A stretch of 55,401 nt of DNA from Acidobacteriota bacterium (GTDB lineage: Bacteria; Acidobacteriota; Vicinamibacteria; Vicinamibacterales; UBA2999), in the NCBI GenBank assembly GCA_016213695.1, contig JACQZV010000038.1, positions 1 through 55,401 on the forward strand, given 5' to 3'. The position numbers and the translations under genes were made by a program. The notes beneath the pieces are model-generated. The model had not been told where the DNA came from. It searched no databases and saw only the letters and a program-made list of their open reading frames with translations. Positions 16,875-26,172 of the stretch are shown piece after piece (positions within the stretch are counted from its first letter, which is position 1; every line of letters begins with the position of its first letter).

Positions 16875-17921
16875 TCAGTTCGAAGACGGCCGCTGCCTGG
16901 CCGCGACGGCCCGGCCGCCGCTCAGCAGGTTCGGCATCGCCTGGTTCCCCTCGTGGCAGGCGTACTCGTAGATCTGCGTGTCGCCGGGCAGCTTCGAGAT
17001 TGGAATCACCGCGGTCCAGGGCTGCGAGAACGTCGCCGGATCCTCGACCGTGATCGTGTATTCCATCGTGTCGGCGTCGCTCCGCCTGAAACGCTCGACC
17101 AGGTGCAGCGTCTCGGAGGCGCGCGTCCAGATGCTGGCCCACTCGTAGTTGGTGCGGTCCAGAAAATTCGTCGTGTCCACCACGAGCGTGTCGCCTTCCC
17201 AGCGGCCGACCGCGTCGCCGAACCACTGGCGGACCTGCCCGTGCGCCCGGCCGTCCACGGGGATAATCCGCCGGTCGCGGTACTCCTCGTGGAGGATGGT
17301 CACGTAGCCGGGGCTCTGCGCGATCATGTTATGGCCGCCGTTCGGGCCCTGCCACATCATCGCCGTCACGCCGTCGGTCAGGCAGCGCTCGCCGGTGTCG
17401 GGGTCGAGGTACGACTCGTAGGGACCGACGCCGTACCGCGCGCCCGATCGCGCCTCCGCCTTCCGCGCCTCCGGCGTGAACGGGATCCGGCCGTCGCGCG
17501 GGTCCACGATGAGCGACGTCTGCTTGTAGATGCGCCGCGGCCGCCCGTGGTCCTGCCAGAAGCTGTTGTACTCGTTGCCCCGGATGGGTGACTCGGCGAT
17601 GGAGCGGCGGCCGACGGCGCCGCCTTCGAGGCCGGCGAGCCGGTTGGCTTCCTGCTCCTTCTCTTCCTGTTCCTTCCGGGCGATTTCGTCGCCGGTGAGC
17701 GACTCGCGTCCCTCGAACTCCTTGGGCCGCTCGAGCGCAATCGCCGCTTCGTACCGCCAGACGCCCTGCAGGTCGGGGTCGCCCCACGCGGTGCGCGGGG
17801 GCGTCCAGACGCCGGCCGCCGACGTGCCTCCGGGAGAGGCGCTCTTGGTGGCGCTGCAGCCGGCCCCGAGCGCGGCCACAGCCAGCGCGGCAATCGCGAT
17901 TCCGCTGTGTCGATGGCGCAT
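16875..17921 (-). CDS. DUF6152-partner family protein, copy 2 (probable lipoprotein)
   Basis: Lipobox-like LGAGC; PDLQGVW; GRWEGDTLVVDTTNF; TVEDP...PW; YEYACHEGN. Confidence 0.82.
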   Translation of the reverse strand: MRHRHSGIAIAALAVAALGAGCSATKSASPGGTSAAGVWTPPRTAWGDPDLQGVWRYEAAIALERPKEFEGRESLTGDEIARKEQEEKEQEANRLAGLEGGAVGRRSIAESPIRGNEYNSFWQDHGRPRRIYKQTSLIVDPRDGRIPFTPEARKAEARSGARYGVGPYESYLDPDTGERCLTDGVTAMMWQGPNGGHNMIAQSPGYVTILHEEYRDRRIIPVDGRAHGQVRQWFGDAVGRWEGDTLVVDTTNFLDRTNYEWASIWTRASETLHLVERFRRSDADTMEYTITVEDPATFSQPWTAVIPISKLPGDTQIYEYACHEGNQAMPNLLSGGRAVAARQRPSSN

Positions 17922-17933
17922 ATCGCAGCTCCG

Positions 17934-18854
17934 TTACTTGTTGACCTGCCTGGTGGCAGGGTCCACGACCCCCAGCGGGCCGTACATCAGCTCTTCGACG
18001 AACTCGGTGCACTTGTACTCGTGGATCTGCGCCGTGGGTTCAAACCGCCGGTACAGCGGCATCCGGATCTTCCACGGCCGCGTGAACACCTTCGGATCCT
18101 CGATCGTGGCTTCGTACATGAGGTGGTACGGGCTGACCGGAGTATAGCGCTCGACGACGTGGAGCGCCTCGCTGTGGAAATTGCCGGCCCGGTCGAACCA
18201 TGTCTGGTCGTTGAAATCGGTGACGTCGACGACCAGCGTCTCGCCCTCCCAGCGGCCGCGCGACAGGCCCATCCAGGTCGGCGCCGGATTGTTCGGCACT
18301 TCCTTCAGATGGACGGTGCGCGTCGTCCCCGCGAATTCGTACGCGATGAGCACTGTGTCGGCGCCCTGAAGAATCTGGAACGGGTAGGGCAGGTACGTCG
18401 CACGCGGCACGCCCGGCATGAAGCAGCGGATTTCGGGGTCGCGCTCGAGCCAGTGCTCGGCGTTCTCCTTCCTGCGGGCGGCCGCCCACGGCTGGTAGGG
18501 GATGTCGTTGCCCTCGACCACGCCGTCGCCGGCGGGCACGCCGCCGGCGGCGCCGAGCGCCCGCACGGCGGGCGCGGGCAGCTCAACTGGAATCGCCCGG
18601 CTCAGGCCCGGGCCCGCCGGCCGCGGCGGCGCCGGAAGCAGCGCGAGCGGCGGCCGCGCCGGTTGTGGCTGCAGGTCGTAGTTCGCCGTGTTGAGCGCCT
18701 GCCAGACGCCGTTCAGATCGGGCCGGCCGTCGGCGGCGCGTGGCGCCCGGTACGCCGCGGTCTGTCCCGAACTGGGCGTGGCGTACGTCCAGAGCAGGGC
18801 GACCGTGGTCGCGCCCGCGATAACGGCCGCCGCGCTCGTGAGTCGGGTTCGCAT
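17934..18854 (-). CDS. DUF6152-partner family protein, copy 3
   Basis: GAGGAG RBS before MRTRLT; PDLNGVW; CFMPGVPR; GRWEGETLVVD; FHSE; TIEDP...PW; HEYKC. Confidence 0.82.
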   Translation of the reverse strand: MRTRLTSAAAVIAGATTVALLWTYATPSSGQTAAYRAPRAADGRPDLNGVWQALNTANYDLQPQPARPPLALLPAPPRPAGPGLSRAIPVELPAPAVRALGAAGGVPAGDGVVEGNDIPYQPWAAARRKENAEHWLERDPEIRCFMPGVPRATYLPYPFQILQGADTVLIAYEFAGTTRTVHLKEVPNNPAPTWMGLSRGRWEGETLVVDVTDFNDQTWFDRAGNFHSEALHVVERYTPVSPYHLMYEATIEDPKVFTRPWKIRMPLYRRFEPTAQIHEYKCTEFVEELMYGPLGVVDPATRQVNK

Positions 18855-18896
18855 GTCGGCACTCCTCAGGTGAGGGTCGAGATTATACTGCCGCGC

Positions 18897-20147
18897 ATGA
18901 TGAGAGCCTCGTGCATGGCCGGCGCGGCCGTCGTTGCCGGGCTGGCTCTTGGCGTCCAGCCGGCGATCGGGGCGCGGCAGCAGCGCCCGGCCGCGGAGCG
19001 ATGGGTGACGGCCTGGGGAACCTCGCAGAACGGCCTCGCCACGACGAGCGTCACCAATACGACCGTCCGGATGCTGGCGCGTGTGACCGTGTCGGGCGAC
19101 GCCGTGCGCATCCGCCTGGACAACACCTTCGGCGCCGCGCCGCTCGTGATCGGCCGCGCCTCGGTGGGGCAGCGGATTCAGGGGGCGGCGCTGGCGGCCG
19201 GCTCGAACCGGGCGGTGCTGTTCAACAGGTCCGCCGGCGTGACTGTTCCCGCCGGCGGCACGGTCACGAGCGACGCGGTGGCGCTGCTCGTGCTCGCGCA
19301 GCAGGACCTGGCGGTGACGCTCCATGTGCCGGAGGCCGGCGTCCGGCCGAGTCAGCACGGCGGTGCGTTTGTGACCTCCTATGCGGCGCCGGACGGATCG
19401 GGCGACCTGACCGCCGACGAGAGCGGAATGCCGTTCACCGCGACGACCACCAATCTGTGGTGGGTGAAGGCGATTGACGTGTCGTCCTCATCGGCAACCG
19501 GCTCCATCGTCGCGTTCGGCGATTCGATTACCGACGGCACCTGCACGACGCTCGACGCGCACGACCGGTGGGAGGACCTGCTGGCGGTGCGCCTGGCGCT
19601 CGACGCCGCGGGACGGGGATCGCCCGACGCGCACAAGGCGATTGTCAACGAGGGGATTGCCGGCAACACCGTGACGCGGCCGAACCTGCAGCCGCCGCCA
19701 GACAGCCCGCCCGGGGTTGAGCGGCTCGATCGCGACGTGCTCAGCCATCACGGCGTGACGCACGTCGTCGTCTTCATGGGGACCAACGACATCCGCCGCG
19801 AGGCGCCCGCGGCCCAGGTAATTGCGGGGATGCAGGAGGTGGCGACGCGCGTGAAGGCGCGCGGACTGAAGGTGATTGGCGTCACGATTATTCCGCGCCA
19901 CAACCGGCCGCCCGTCGAGGGCAACACCGGGTGGAGCGACGTCAAGACGCGCATCCGCGGCGAGGTCAACCAGTGGATCCGGACCAGGGCGCCGTTTGAC
20001 GCGGTCATCGACTTCAACGAGGTCGTGCGGGACAGGGCGAACGCGGATCTGCTCGATCCGCGGTTCAATTGCGGCGACGGCATCCATCCGAGCCCGCGCG
20101 GGTATTACGAGATGGGGCGGGCGGTGCGGCTCGACCTGTTCCGCTGA
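18897..20147 (+). CDS. Secreted SGNH/GDSL hydrolase
   Basis: AFGDSITDG, NEGIAGN, GTND and DGIHP blocks; signal peptide; VRIRLDNTFG N-domain. Confidence 0.92.
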   Translation: MMRASCMAGAAVVAGLALGVQPAIGARQQRPAAERWVTAWGTSQNGLATTSVTNTTVRMLARVTVSGDAVRIRLDNTFGAAPLVIGRASVGQRIQGAALAAGSNRAVLFNRSAGVTVPAGGTVTSDAVALLVLAQQDLAVTLHVPEAGVRPSQHGGAFVTSYAAPDGSGDLTADESGMPFTATTTNLWWVKAIDVSSSSATGSIVAFGDSITDGTCTTLDAHDRWEDLLAVRLALDAAGRGSPDAHKAIVNEGIAGNTVTRPNLQPPPDSPPGVERLDRDVLSHHGVTHVVVFMGTNDIRREAPAAQVIAGMQEVATRVKARGLKVIGVTIIPRHNRPPVEGNTGWSDVKTRIRGEVNQWIRTRAPFDAVIDFNEVVRDRANADLLDPRFNCGDGIHPSPRGYYEMGRAVRLDLFR

Positions 20148-20153
20148 GCCGCG

Positions 20154-20477
20154 CTAGGCATTGTCCTCGACGAGGGGCAGCGGCTTCTCGAACCGGCCCG
20201 CCGCCTGATAGACGACGCCTCCGGCCGAGAGGCTCTTCACCTGGCACCGCAGGATGCGGCAGCGGATGAGGAGCGTTGACGTGCCGGCGACAATCTGGAG
20301 GCGGACGCCGGCGCCTGGCGAGAGACGCTCGGGCGACTCGAGTCGCAGCCCGCCTTTCGAGATGTCCACGACCTTCACCGGGTCCGATTCGAGCTTCACC
20401 TCGACGATCTGCGGGACGTCGCCGAGCGGCCGCCGGCGCGACTGTCGCCGCTCCTCGTTGACGTCCTGCGCTCTCAT
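20154..20477 (-). CDS. PilZ domain protein
   Basis: RRQSRR (RxxxR) and DISKGG (DxSxxG). Confidence 0.82.
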   Translation of the reverse strand: MRAQDVNEERRQSRRRPLGDVPQIVEVKLESDPVKVVDISKGGLRLESPERLSPGAGVRLQIVAGTSTLLIRCRILRCQVKSLSAGGVVYQAAGRFEKPLPLVEDNA

Positions 20478-20536
20478 TGTCGTCTGGGGATGCTAATCGA
20501 TTCCGGGCGATTGCAACAGGGGATCGAGAGGCGAAC

Positions 20537-20767
20537 CTACTCGTCCCCGGCGGGTCCGTGATCCGGTGGCGACTCCGCTCCGGGCTGATAGCCAGAGCAT
20601 GTCAGCACCGGCAGCGCGGGATACCGTGGGTACCGCTCATCGAAAACGGAGCGCCGGCACAGGCAGAACACGGAGTTCCGAGACGACCTCACGACCTGCG
20701 CGTGGGCACAGGATGCGCACAGGCCTGTGCCGACTGAGCGCGTGTGACCCGAGTCCATGCACGTCAT
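20537..20767 (-). CDS. Small Cys-rich hypothetical protein
   Basis: GLCASCAH...FCLC...YPRYPALPVLTCSGY; start could be 20758. Confidence 0.65.
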   Translation of the reverse strand: MTCMDSGHTRSVGTGLCASCAHAQVVRSSRNSVFCLCRRSVFDERYPRYPALPVLTCSGYQPGAESPPDHGPAGDE

Positions 20768-20793
20768 CGTATGGGCGTCTGGGGTTATCTCGT

Positions 20794-22056
20794 TCAGTTG
20801 ACGAGCGCATTCGCGTTCGCGGCAGAAAACGTCCGAACGTCATCCGATACGCGAGCATCATCGCTCGCCCGTTGCCAGAATTCGCGCGCGGCCGCGCGAG
20901 CGTCATCCCACACCTCGAGCGTATCGGCGGTCGCGTGCGGCGGTGCAAAGGGTCGTGGCGGCACCTGGCCATCGGCCGTCGGCGCGTACAGCATCGATAC
21001 CTGATCGAACGCCGGCGCAAGCCGCAACGTTGCATCGTCAGCAAAGAAGACGACGTTGTACGGATGCCGATCCGTATTGGCGATGAGTGCGCCGAACGCA
21101 TCGAGCCATTGAAGGCGCCTGGCGTCTTCAATGGACAGACGCCCGGCGTCTCTCAGGAGGACAGCCGCGCGAGCCCATGGGTCCGCGGGATCATCTTGAA
21201 CCGCTGCCAAACTCAATACGGCAACACGGCCTCTGATTCCGACGCGATCAAATCGGTCGCTCTCGAGGAAATAGTGCGAGTCGGTGTCGATGATGCTGGT
21301 CTGAGCTGCGGGCACGCCGCGGGCAGACACCACATTCAGCGCCAGCGCTTCGAGCACGACGAGATCGCACCAGCGCCTGGCGGCGGCATCACCGGCACCG
21401 CCACGAGCGGCGAACTTGACCAGCACGTGACGTCCGTCAACGAAGACTCCGAACTTCGGACGTTCACCGCCCGCAGAGGATCCCGGAGGATGCCCCGCGA
21501 TTGTAGCCTCGGCCAGCTCAGGATAATCGCTACGCGTCCTGGCCGGCATGTCGAGCGCTTGCCAGCGGGCAAACGATTCATCCCCCACAATGAGACTGCC
21601 GGGCACGTCTTCACCACGCCGCGACATCGCCAGCAGAATGTGATGATCGGACCAATCCATCAAGCGCGCCGGCAGCCGCAGATCGGCGTGCATCGCCGCG
21701 AAGTGCCGTCCGAGGAATCCGGATGGACGTGCGTCCGCGAGCTCTATCGGAAGCCCGTCTGACACGGTGCCGGCGGGCATCCACACCGTCTGTCGCGCCA
21801 CCAGCGTGAAGAGTTCGCCTTCCGACCGAGCGGTTCCGGTTTCCAGAACTCGAAACACGGGAAAACGTGAGGTATCCAAGGTTGGCCACGTTTGACGCAA
21901 CCCGTAGCGCGTGGCAGGGCCTCGACCGATCGGGATAACGTCAGTCCCCGCCTCCTGTATCCAGCGCATCAATGTGGTTCGAGAAACGCCGAGCCTTTGA
22001 CGAAGGTCGGCGGCCGGAAGGACTCCTCGGCTGAGCTCCGCTGAAACCGTGCTCAT
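20794..22056 (-). CDS. yjjJ: HipA-family kinase toxin, YjjJ type (N-terminal HTH)
   Basis: LGVSRTTLMR HTH; RPSGFLGR; GSSAGGERPKF; VLVKF; RFDR; IANTDRH.N; LAPAFD. Confidence 0.85.
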   Translation of the reverse strand: MSTVSAELSRGVLPAADLRQRLGVSRTTLMRWIQEAGTDVIPIGRGPATRYGLRQTWPTLDTSRFPVFRVLETGTARSEGELFTLVARQTVWMPAGTVSDGLPIELADARPSGFLGRHFAAMHADLRLPARLMDWSDHHILLAMSRRGEDVPGSLIVGDESFARWQALDMPARTRSDYPELAEATIAGHPPGSSAGGERPKFGVFVDGRHVLVKFAARGGAGDAAARRWCDLVVLEALALNVVSARGVPAAQTSIIDTDSHYFLESDRFDRVGIRGRVAVLSLAAVQDDPADPWARAAVLLRDAGRLSIEDARRLQWLDAFGALIANTDRHPYNVVFFADDATLRLAPAFDQVSMLYAPTADGQVPPRPFAPPHATADTLEVWDDARAAAREFWQRASDDARVSDDVRTFSAANANALVN

Positions 22057-22179
22057 TACGGAACGATTATATCAGAGCGCAGATATCGCTAAATACCAAT
22101 GAATATAGAATATGTCAGATATTATGAGACTGTTATTGAAACGATTAACGGGACATGGAATGGCCGCGATCTTTCCCGC

Positions 22180-22335
22180 CGGATGCTGCGCGGTATCGTC
22201 GACCGCGATCGTCATCCCGGCTGATCCGAGTGAACCGTTGCGCCTGGAAGGGAATCTCGGCGCGATGCTGGAAGTGGCCGCCGGACGACACCTGTCCCCG
22301 GTTGTCAGTGAATTGTCATCCGACGCCAGTCAAGG

Positions 22336-22357
<22 letters not shown>
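22180..22357 (+). pseudogene. Frameshifted C-terminal remnant of a serine recombinase/integrase running into tRNA-fMet
   Basis: RMLRGIVDR [+1 base] IVIPADPSEPLRLEGNLGAML...GCGGGI*, resembling C-termini of tRNA-targeting large serine recombinases; no N-terminal part present. Confidence 0.45.
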
Positions 22358-22412
<55 letters not shown>

Positions 22413-22534
22413 TCATTCGGAACCTGGAACCTGGAACGGAACCAGGGATGTCGGAAGCAGGACGAATCATGTTCCGACGGGAACGTTTCACTGTACCACG
22501 CGGGGCAGCAATCGTAAAGGGCGGGCCCCCGGTC

Positions 22535-22885
22535 TCAGGGGCGGCGGTCGAGCGGCTCGATGTCCTTGATGATGAAGAGCTTTTCGCCCGGTTTGATGAG
22601 GCCGAGCTCGCGGCGGGCGATTTCTTCGATGATGGCCGGGTCTTCGCGCAGGCGCCGGGCCTCGTCCCGCATGCGCGCGTTCTCGGACCTGGCGTCGGCC
22701 AGCGACTGTTCGAGGTCGCGGTACTGCTCCCGCGCCTGCATCATCGCCAGCAACCCCTTGTCGCCCACCAGCGCGTCAATCAGCAGCACGCAGCCGACCG
22801 CCACGAGCAGGTAGTGCATCGTGCGGCGGCGGCGTCTGCGCGGGGGCAGCGCCTGCGAGTCGGGTGCGGGCGTCTTCTTCGCCAT
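22535..22885 (-). CDS. ftsB: Septum formation initiator FtsB/DivIC
   Basis: Basic N-tail, TM, GDKGL, coiled coil, IEEIARRELGLIKPGE. Confidence 0.9.
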   Translation of the reverse strand: MAKKTPAPDSQALPPRRRRRRTMHYLLVAVGCVLLIDALVGDKGLLAMMQAREQYRDLEQSLADARSENARMRDEARRLREDPAIIEEIARRELGLIKPGEKLFIIKDIEPLDRRP

Positions 22886-22947
22886 GTCCCTCAGGAAGGC
22901 TCAGGCCTTCCGGTATCCGTGTGGCACAATACCGCGTTTCGACCGCG

Positions 22948-23042
22948 AGTACAAGAGGCCTTGTACCGCAGTTTCGGACGAAGTACAAGTCGTAAATAGC
23001 GCAGTCGCGAAGACAGTACAAGAAGAAAACGCGGAGTACAAG
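22948..23042. promoter_or_regulatory. Array of AGTACAAG boxes in the ftsB-cutA divergent spacer
   Basis: Direct copies at 22948, 22982, 23015, 23035; inverted CTTGTAC at 22960. Confidence 0.6.
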
Positions 23043-23048
23043 AGGAAA

Positions 23049-23393
23049 GTGAGCGCACCAGCCGAGTCCGACGCGGCGATCGTCCTGACCACCATCGGCG
23101 CCGATGTCGACGCCGGGCCGCTGGCCCGTGCGCTCGTCGAGGAGCGGCTGGCCGCCTGCGTCAACGTGCTGCCGCCGATGACGTCCACCTACCGCTGGAA
23201 GGGGCGCGTCGAGCAGGCGCAGGAGCGGCAGCTCATCATCAAGACGTCGGCCGGCCGCATCGCCGCGCTCGAGGCGAGGCTGCGCGAGCTGCATCCCTAC
23301 GAGGTGCCGGAATTTCTGGTGCTCCCGGTGTCCGCCGGGTCCGAGGCCTACCTGCGCTGGCTCCGGGAGGGAGTCAGTCCGGACCGATCCTAG
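23049..23393 (+). CDS. cutA: Divalent-cation tolerance protein CutA
   Basis: GTG after AGAGGA; LVEERLAACVN, YRWKG, HPYEVPE, YLRW. Confidence 0.92.
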   Translation: MSAPAESDAAIVLTTIGADVDAGPLARALVEERLAACVNVLPPMTSTYRWKGRVEQAQERQLIIKTSAGRIAALEARLRELHPYEVPEFLVLPVSAGSEAYLRWLREGVSPDRS

Positions 23394-24033
23394 GCGGGGC
23401 CACCGCCATCGCCTGCTGATGCCGGCGCGCGCGCAGCCACGCCACCGCCGGAGGGATGAGCGACAGGCCGATCACGACCGCCACCACGATGTGAATGCGC
23501 CGCTCGATGTCCGGAATCAGATTGCCCAGGAGGTACCCGCCGAGCGTCATGCTGGTCACCCAGCAGACGGCGCCGATCACGTTGTTCGAGGCAAAGCGCC
23601 GGTACCCCATCTGCGCCACCCCCGCCACCACCGGCGCGAAGGTTCTCAGGATGGGCAGGAACTGCGCGATGACGATCGTCTTGCCGCCGTGACGCTCGTA
23701 ATAATCGCGCGTCATCTGGAGGTGCTCGCGGCGAAAGAGCAGCGAATCAGGCCGGCTGTACAACGCGACGCCCGTCCGTTTGCCGATGTGGTACCCCGTG
23801 GCGTTGCCAGCGACGGCGGCGACGATGAGCGACGGAATCAGCACGGCGACGTCGAGGTCGCCTCGCGCCGCGAAGAGCCCGGCCGTGACGAGCAGCGAAT
23901 CGCCCGGCAGGAAGAAGCCGACGAGCAGGCCGGTCTCGGCGAAGACGATGGCGATCAGGCCGTAGAATCCGGCCAGCCGCACCAGTTCGGGCACGTTGTA
24001 GACGGTGGAAAAGAAGCCCTGGATGACGTCCAT
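23374..24033 (-). CDS. dedA: DedA/VTT family membrane protein
   Basis: FAETGLLVGFFLPGDSLL; YERHGGKT; FLPILRTFAP. Confidence 0.92.
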   Translation of the reverse strand: MDVIQGFFSTVYNVPELVRLAGFYGLIAIVFAETGLLVGFFLPGDSLLVTAGLFAARGDLDVAVLIPSLIVAAVAGNATGYHIGKRTGVALYSRPDSLLFRREHLQMTRDYYERHGGKTIVIAQFLPILRTFAPVVAGVAQMGYRRFASNNVIGAVCWVTSMTLGGYLLGNLIPDIERRIHIVVAVVIGLSLIPPAVAWLRARRHQQAMAVAPPRIGPD

Positions 24034-24037
24034 GGGC

Positions 24038-25195
24038 TCACACGAGGTCGAGGGCCTGCGCCAGGTCCTCCTGGAGGTCCTCGAGGTCCTCGATGCCGGC
24101 CGAGATGCGCACCAGGTCGTCGGTGATGCCGAGACGCTGCCGCTCGTCGGGTGGGACCGAGGCGTGCGTCATGGTGGAGGGATGGCTGATGAGCGTCTCG
24201 ACGCCGCCGAGGCTTTCGGCAAGGGCCATGAGCCGCACGCCGTTCAGCAGCGTCCGCGCGCGCTCGAGCGACCCGAGCCGGAACGCGATGAGGCCGCCGA
24301 AGCCGCGCATCTGGCGCGCCGCCAGCGCGTGCTGCGGGTGCGAGGGGAGGCCGGGGTAGTGCACGGCGGCGACCTTCGGATGCGCCGCGAGGTAGCCCGC
24401 CAGCGCCATGGCGTTCTCGTTGTGCCGCGCCATGCGGAGCGGGAGCGTCTTGGTGCCGCGCAGCACGAGCCACGCGTCCATCGGGCCGAGGATGGCGCCC
24501 GCCGCATTCTGCACGAACCGCAGCCACTCGATGTGGTCGTCTCTGACCGCGATGACCGCGCCGCCGACGCTGTCGGAGTGGCCGTTGAGGAACTTGGTGG
24601 TGCTGTGAACCACCAGATCCGCGCCGAACTCGATCGGCCGCTGCACGTACGGGCTCGCGAACGTGTTGTCCACCGCCACCGGAATGCCGTGGCCGTGCGC
24701 GATGGCGCACGCGCCGGCCAGGTCGGTAATCGCCAGCATCGGGTTGGTCGGCGTTTCGAGGAAGACCAGGCGCGTATTCGGCCGGATGGCGCGCTCCAGC
24801 TCGCCGAGCCGCGAGGTGTCGGCGTAGGTGAAGTCGAGCTGCGACTTCCGCAGGACGCGCTCGAACAGGCGGTACGTCCCGCCGTACAGGTTGTCGGTGG
24901 CCACCACATGGTCGCCCGCCGTGAGCAGCGTCATGACCGCCGAGGTGGCCGCCATGCCCGACGCGAAGGCGAACGCCGCGTTCCCGCCTTCAATGGAGGC
25001 GAGGTTGCCCTCGAGCGCCGAACGGGTGGGGTTCTGCGTGCGCGCGTACTCGTACCCCTTGTGCACGCCCAGCGCATCCTGCACGTAGGTCGACGTCTGG
25101 TAGATTGGGGTGATGATGGCACCCGTGGACGGGTCGGGGACCTGGCCGGCGTGGATGCACCGCGTGCCGAATCCGGCGTGCTCGCGCACTTTCAC
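24038..25195 (-). CDS. Cystathionine gamma-synthase/gamma-lyase family PLP enzyme
   Basis: PIYQTSTY, YARTQNPT, ETPTNP, DNTFASP, HSTTKFLNGHSD, AESLGGVE; GTG start inferred. Confidence 0.93.
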   Translation of the reverse strand: MKVREHAGFGTRCIHAGQVPDPSTGAIITPIYQTSTYVQDALGVHKGYEYARTQNPTRSALEGNLASIEGGNAAFAFASGMAATSAVMTLLTAGDHVVATDNLYGGTYRLFERVLRKSQLDFTYADTSRLGELERAIRPNTRLVFLETPTNPMLAITDLAGACAIAHGHGIPVAVDNTFASPYVQRPIEFGADLVVHSTTKFLNGHSDSVGGAVIAVRDDHIEWLRFVQNAAGAILGPMDAWLVLRGTKTLPLRMARHNENAMALAGYLAAHPKVAAVHYPGLPSHPQHALAARQMRGFGGLIAFRLGSLERARTLLNGVRLMALAESLGGVETLISHPSTMTHASVPPDERQRLGITDDLVRISAGIEDLEDLQEDLAQALDLV

Positions 25196-25216
25196 AATGC
25201 ACCATTCTAGTCTGCA

Positions 25217-26155
25217 ATGGACCCCGTCATCGTCCTGACCACGCGCTCCGACATCGAAGCCAGCGTCGTCACGGCGCTGCTCGACAGCCACGGCATCGCC
25301 GCCTTCCGCGTGTCGGGCAACCCGCAGGCGATCTGGCCGATGACGGTGAACCCGCTCGGAGAGATCCGGATCGCCGTGCAGGGCGAGGACGCGGAGGAGG
25401 CGCGGCGTATCATCGAGAGCCACCGCGAGGACGTCGGCACCCGCGTCATCCGCCTCAGGGACGAGTTCGAGGAGCTGGAGCGGCAGATCGACTACCGGTT
25501 CCAGGATCGCGGGCTGCTCGAGCACGCGCTCACGCACAGGTCGCGCGCGGCCGAGGACGTGTCGGGCGGCGTGCTCGACAACGAGTCGCTCGAGTTTCTC
25601 GGCGACGCGGTGCTGGGGCTGGTCGTGGCCGAGGCGCTCTTCCGCCGGTATCCGGAGTTCGACGAAGGCCAGAAGTCGAAAATCAAGGCGGCGGTCGTCT
25701 CCACGCAGTCGCTGGCGCGCCATGCCGAGCGGATCCGGCTCGGCGCGCACCTGCTCCTCGGCCGCGGCGAGGAGAAGACCGGCGGCCGCTTCAAGCAGGC
25801 GCTGCTCGCCGATGGCTACGAGGCGCTCATTGCCGCCGTCTATCTCGACGGGGGGCTGCCGGCGGCGGCCGCGTTTCTCGAGCGCGAGCTCGGCGACGCG
25901 ATGAGCATCGGCGCCCAGCAGGATGTCGTCGGCATGGATTACAAGTCGGCGCTGCAGGAGCGGCTGCAGGCGAGCGGGCAGCCGCTGCCCGAGTACCGGG
26001 TGGCCTCAGCGACCGGGCCGGATCACCGCAAGGAGTTCACGATCGAGGTGGTCGTCGGCGGCGAGATCCTCGGAATGGCCACCGGCCGGGCGAAGAAGGA
26101 GGCGGAGCAGGAAGCGGCGCGGCTGGCGCTGGCGCGCCTGGATCGCGCAGGCTGA
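25217..26155 (+). CDS. rnc: Ribonuclease III with ~75-aa N-terminal extra domain
   Basis: ALTHRS, NESLEFLGDAVL, ADGYEALIAAVYLD, dsRBD DYKSALQE...KKEAEQ. Confidence 0.95.
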   Translation: MDPVIVLTTRSDIEASVVTALLDSHGIAAFRVSGNPQAIWPMTVNPLGEIRIAVQGEDAEEARRIIESHREDVGTRVIRLRDEFEELERQIDYRFQDRGLLEHALTHRSRAAEDVSGGVLDNESLEFLGDAVLGLVVAEALFRRYPEFDEGQKSKIKAAVVSTQSLARHAERIRLGAHLLLGRGEEKTGGRFKQALLADGYEALIAAVYLDGGLPAAAAFLERELGDAMSIGAQQDVVGMDYKSALQERLQASGQPLPEYRVASATGPDHRKEFTIEVVVGGEILGMATGRAKKEAEQEAARLALARLDRAG

Positions 26156-26172
26156 AGCCTGCGCGCTACGGG

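Noticed and set aside
17907-18896. Long N-terminal extensions in the ORF track (SGNH 746 aa, PLP lyase 570 aa, ATPase 740 aa, NHL 507 aa)
   Set aside because: They overlap genuine neighbouring genes; downstream starts with RBS or -10 and signal peptides fit better
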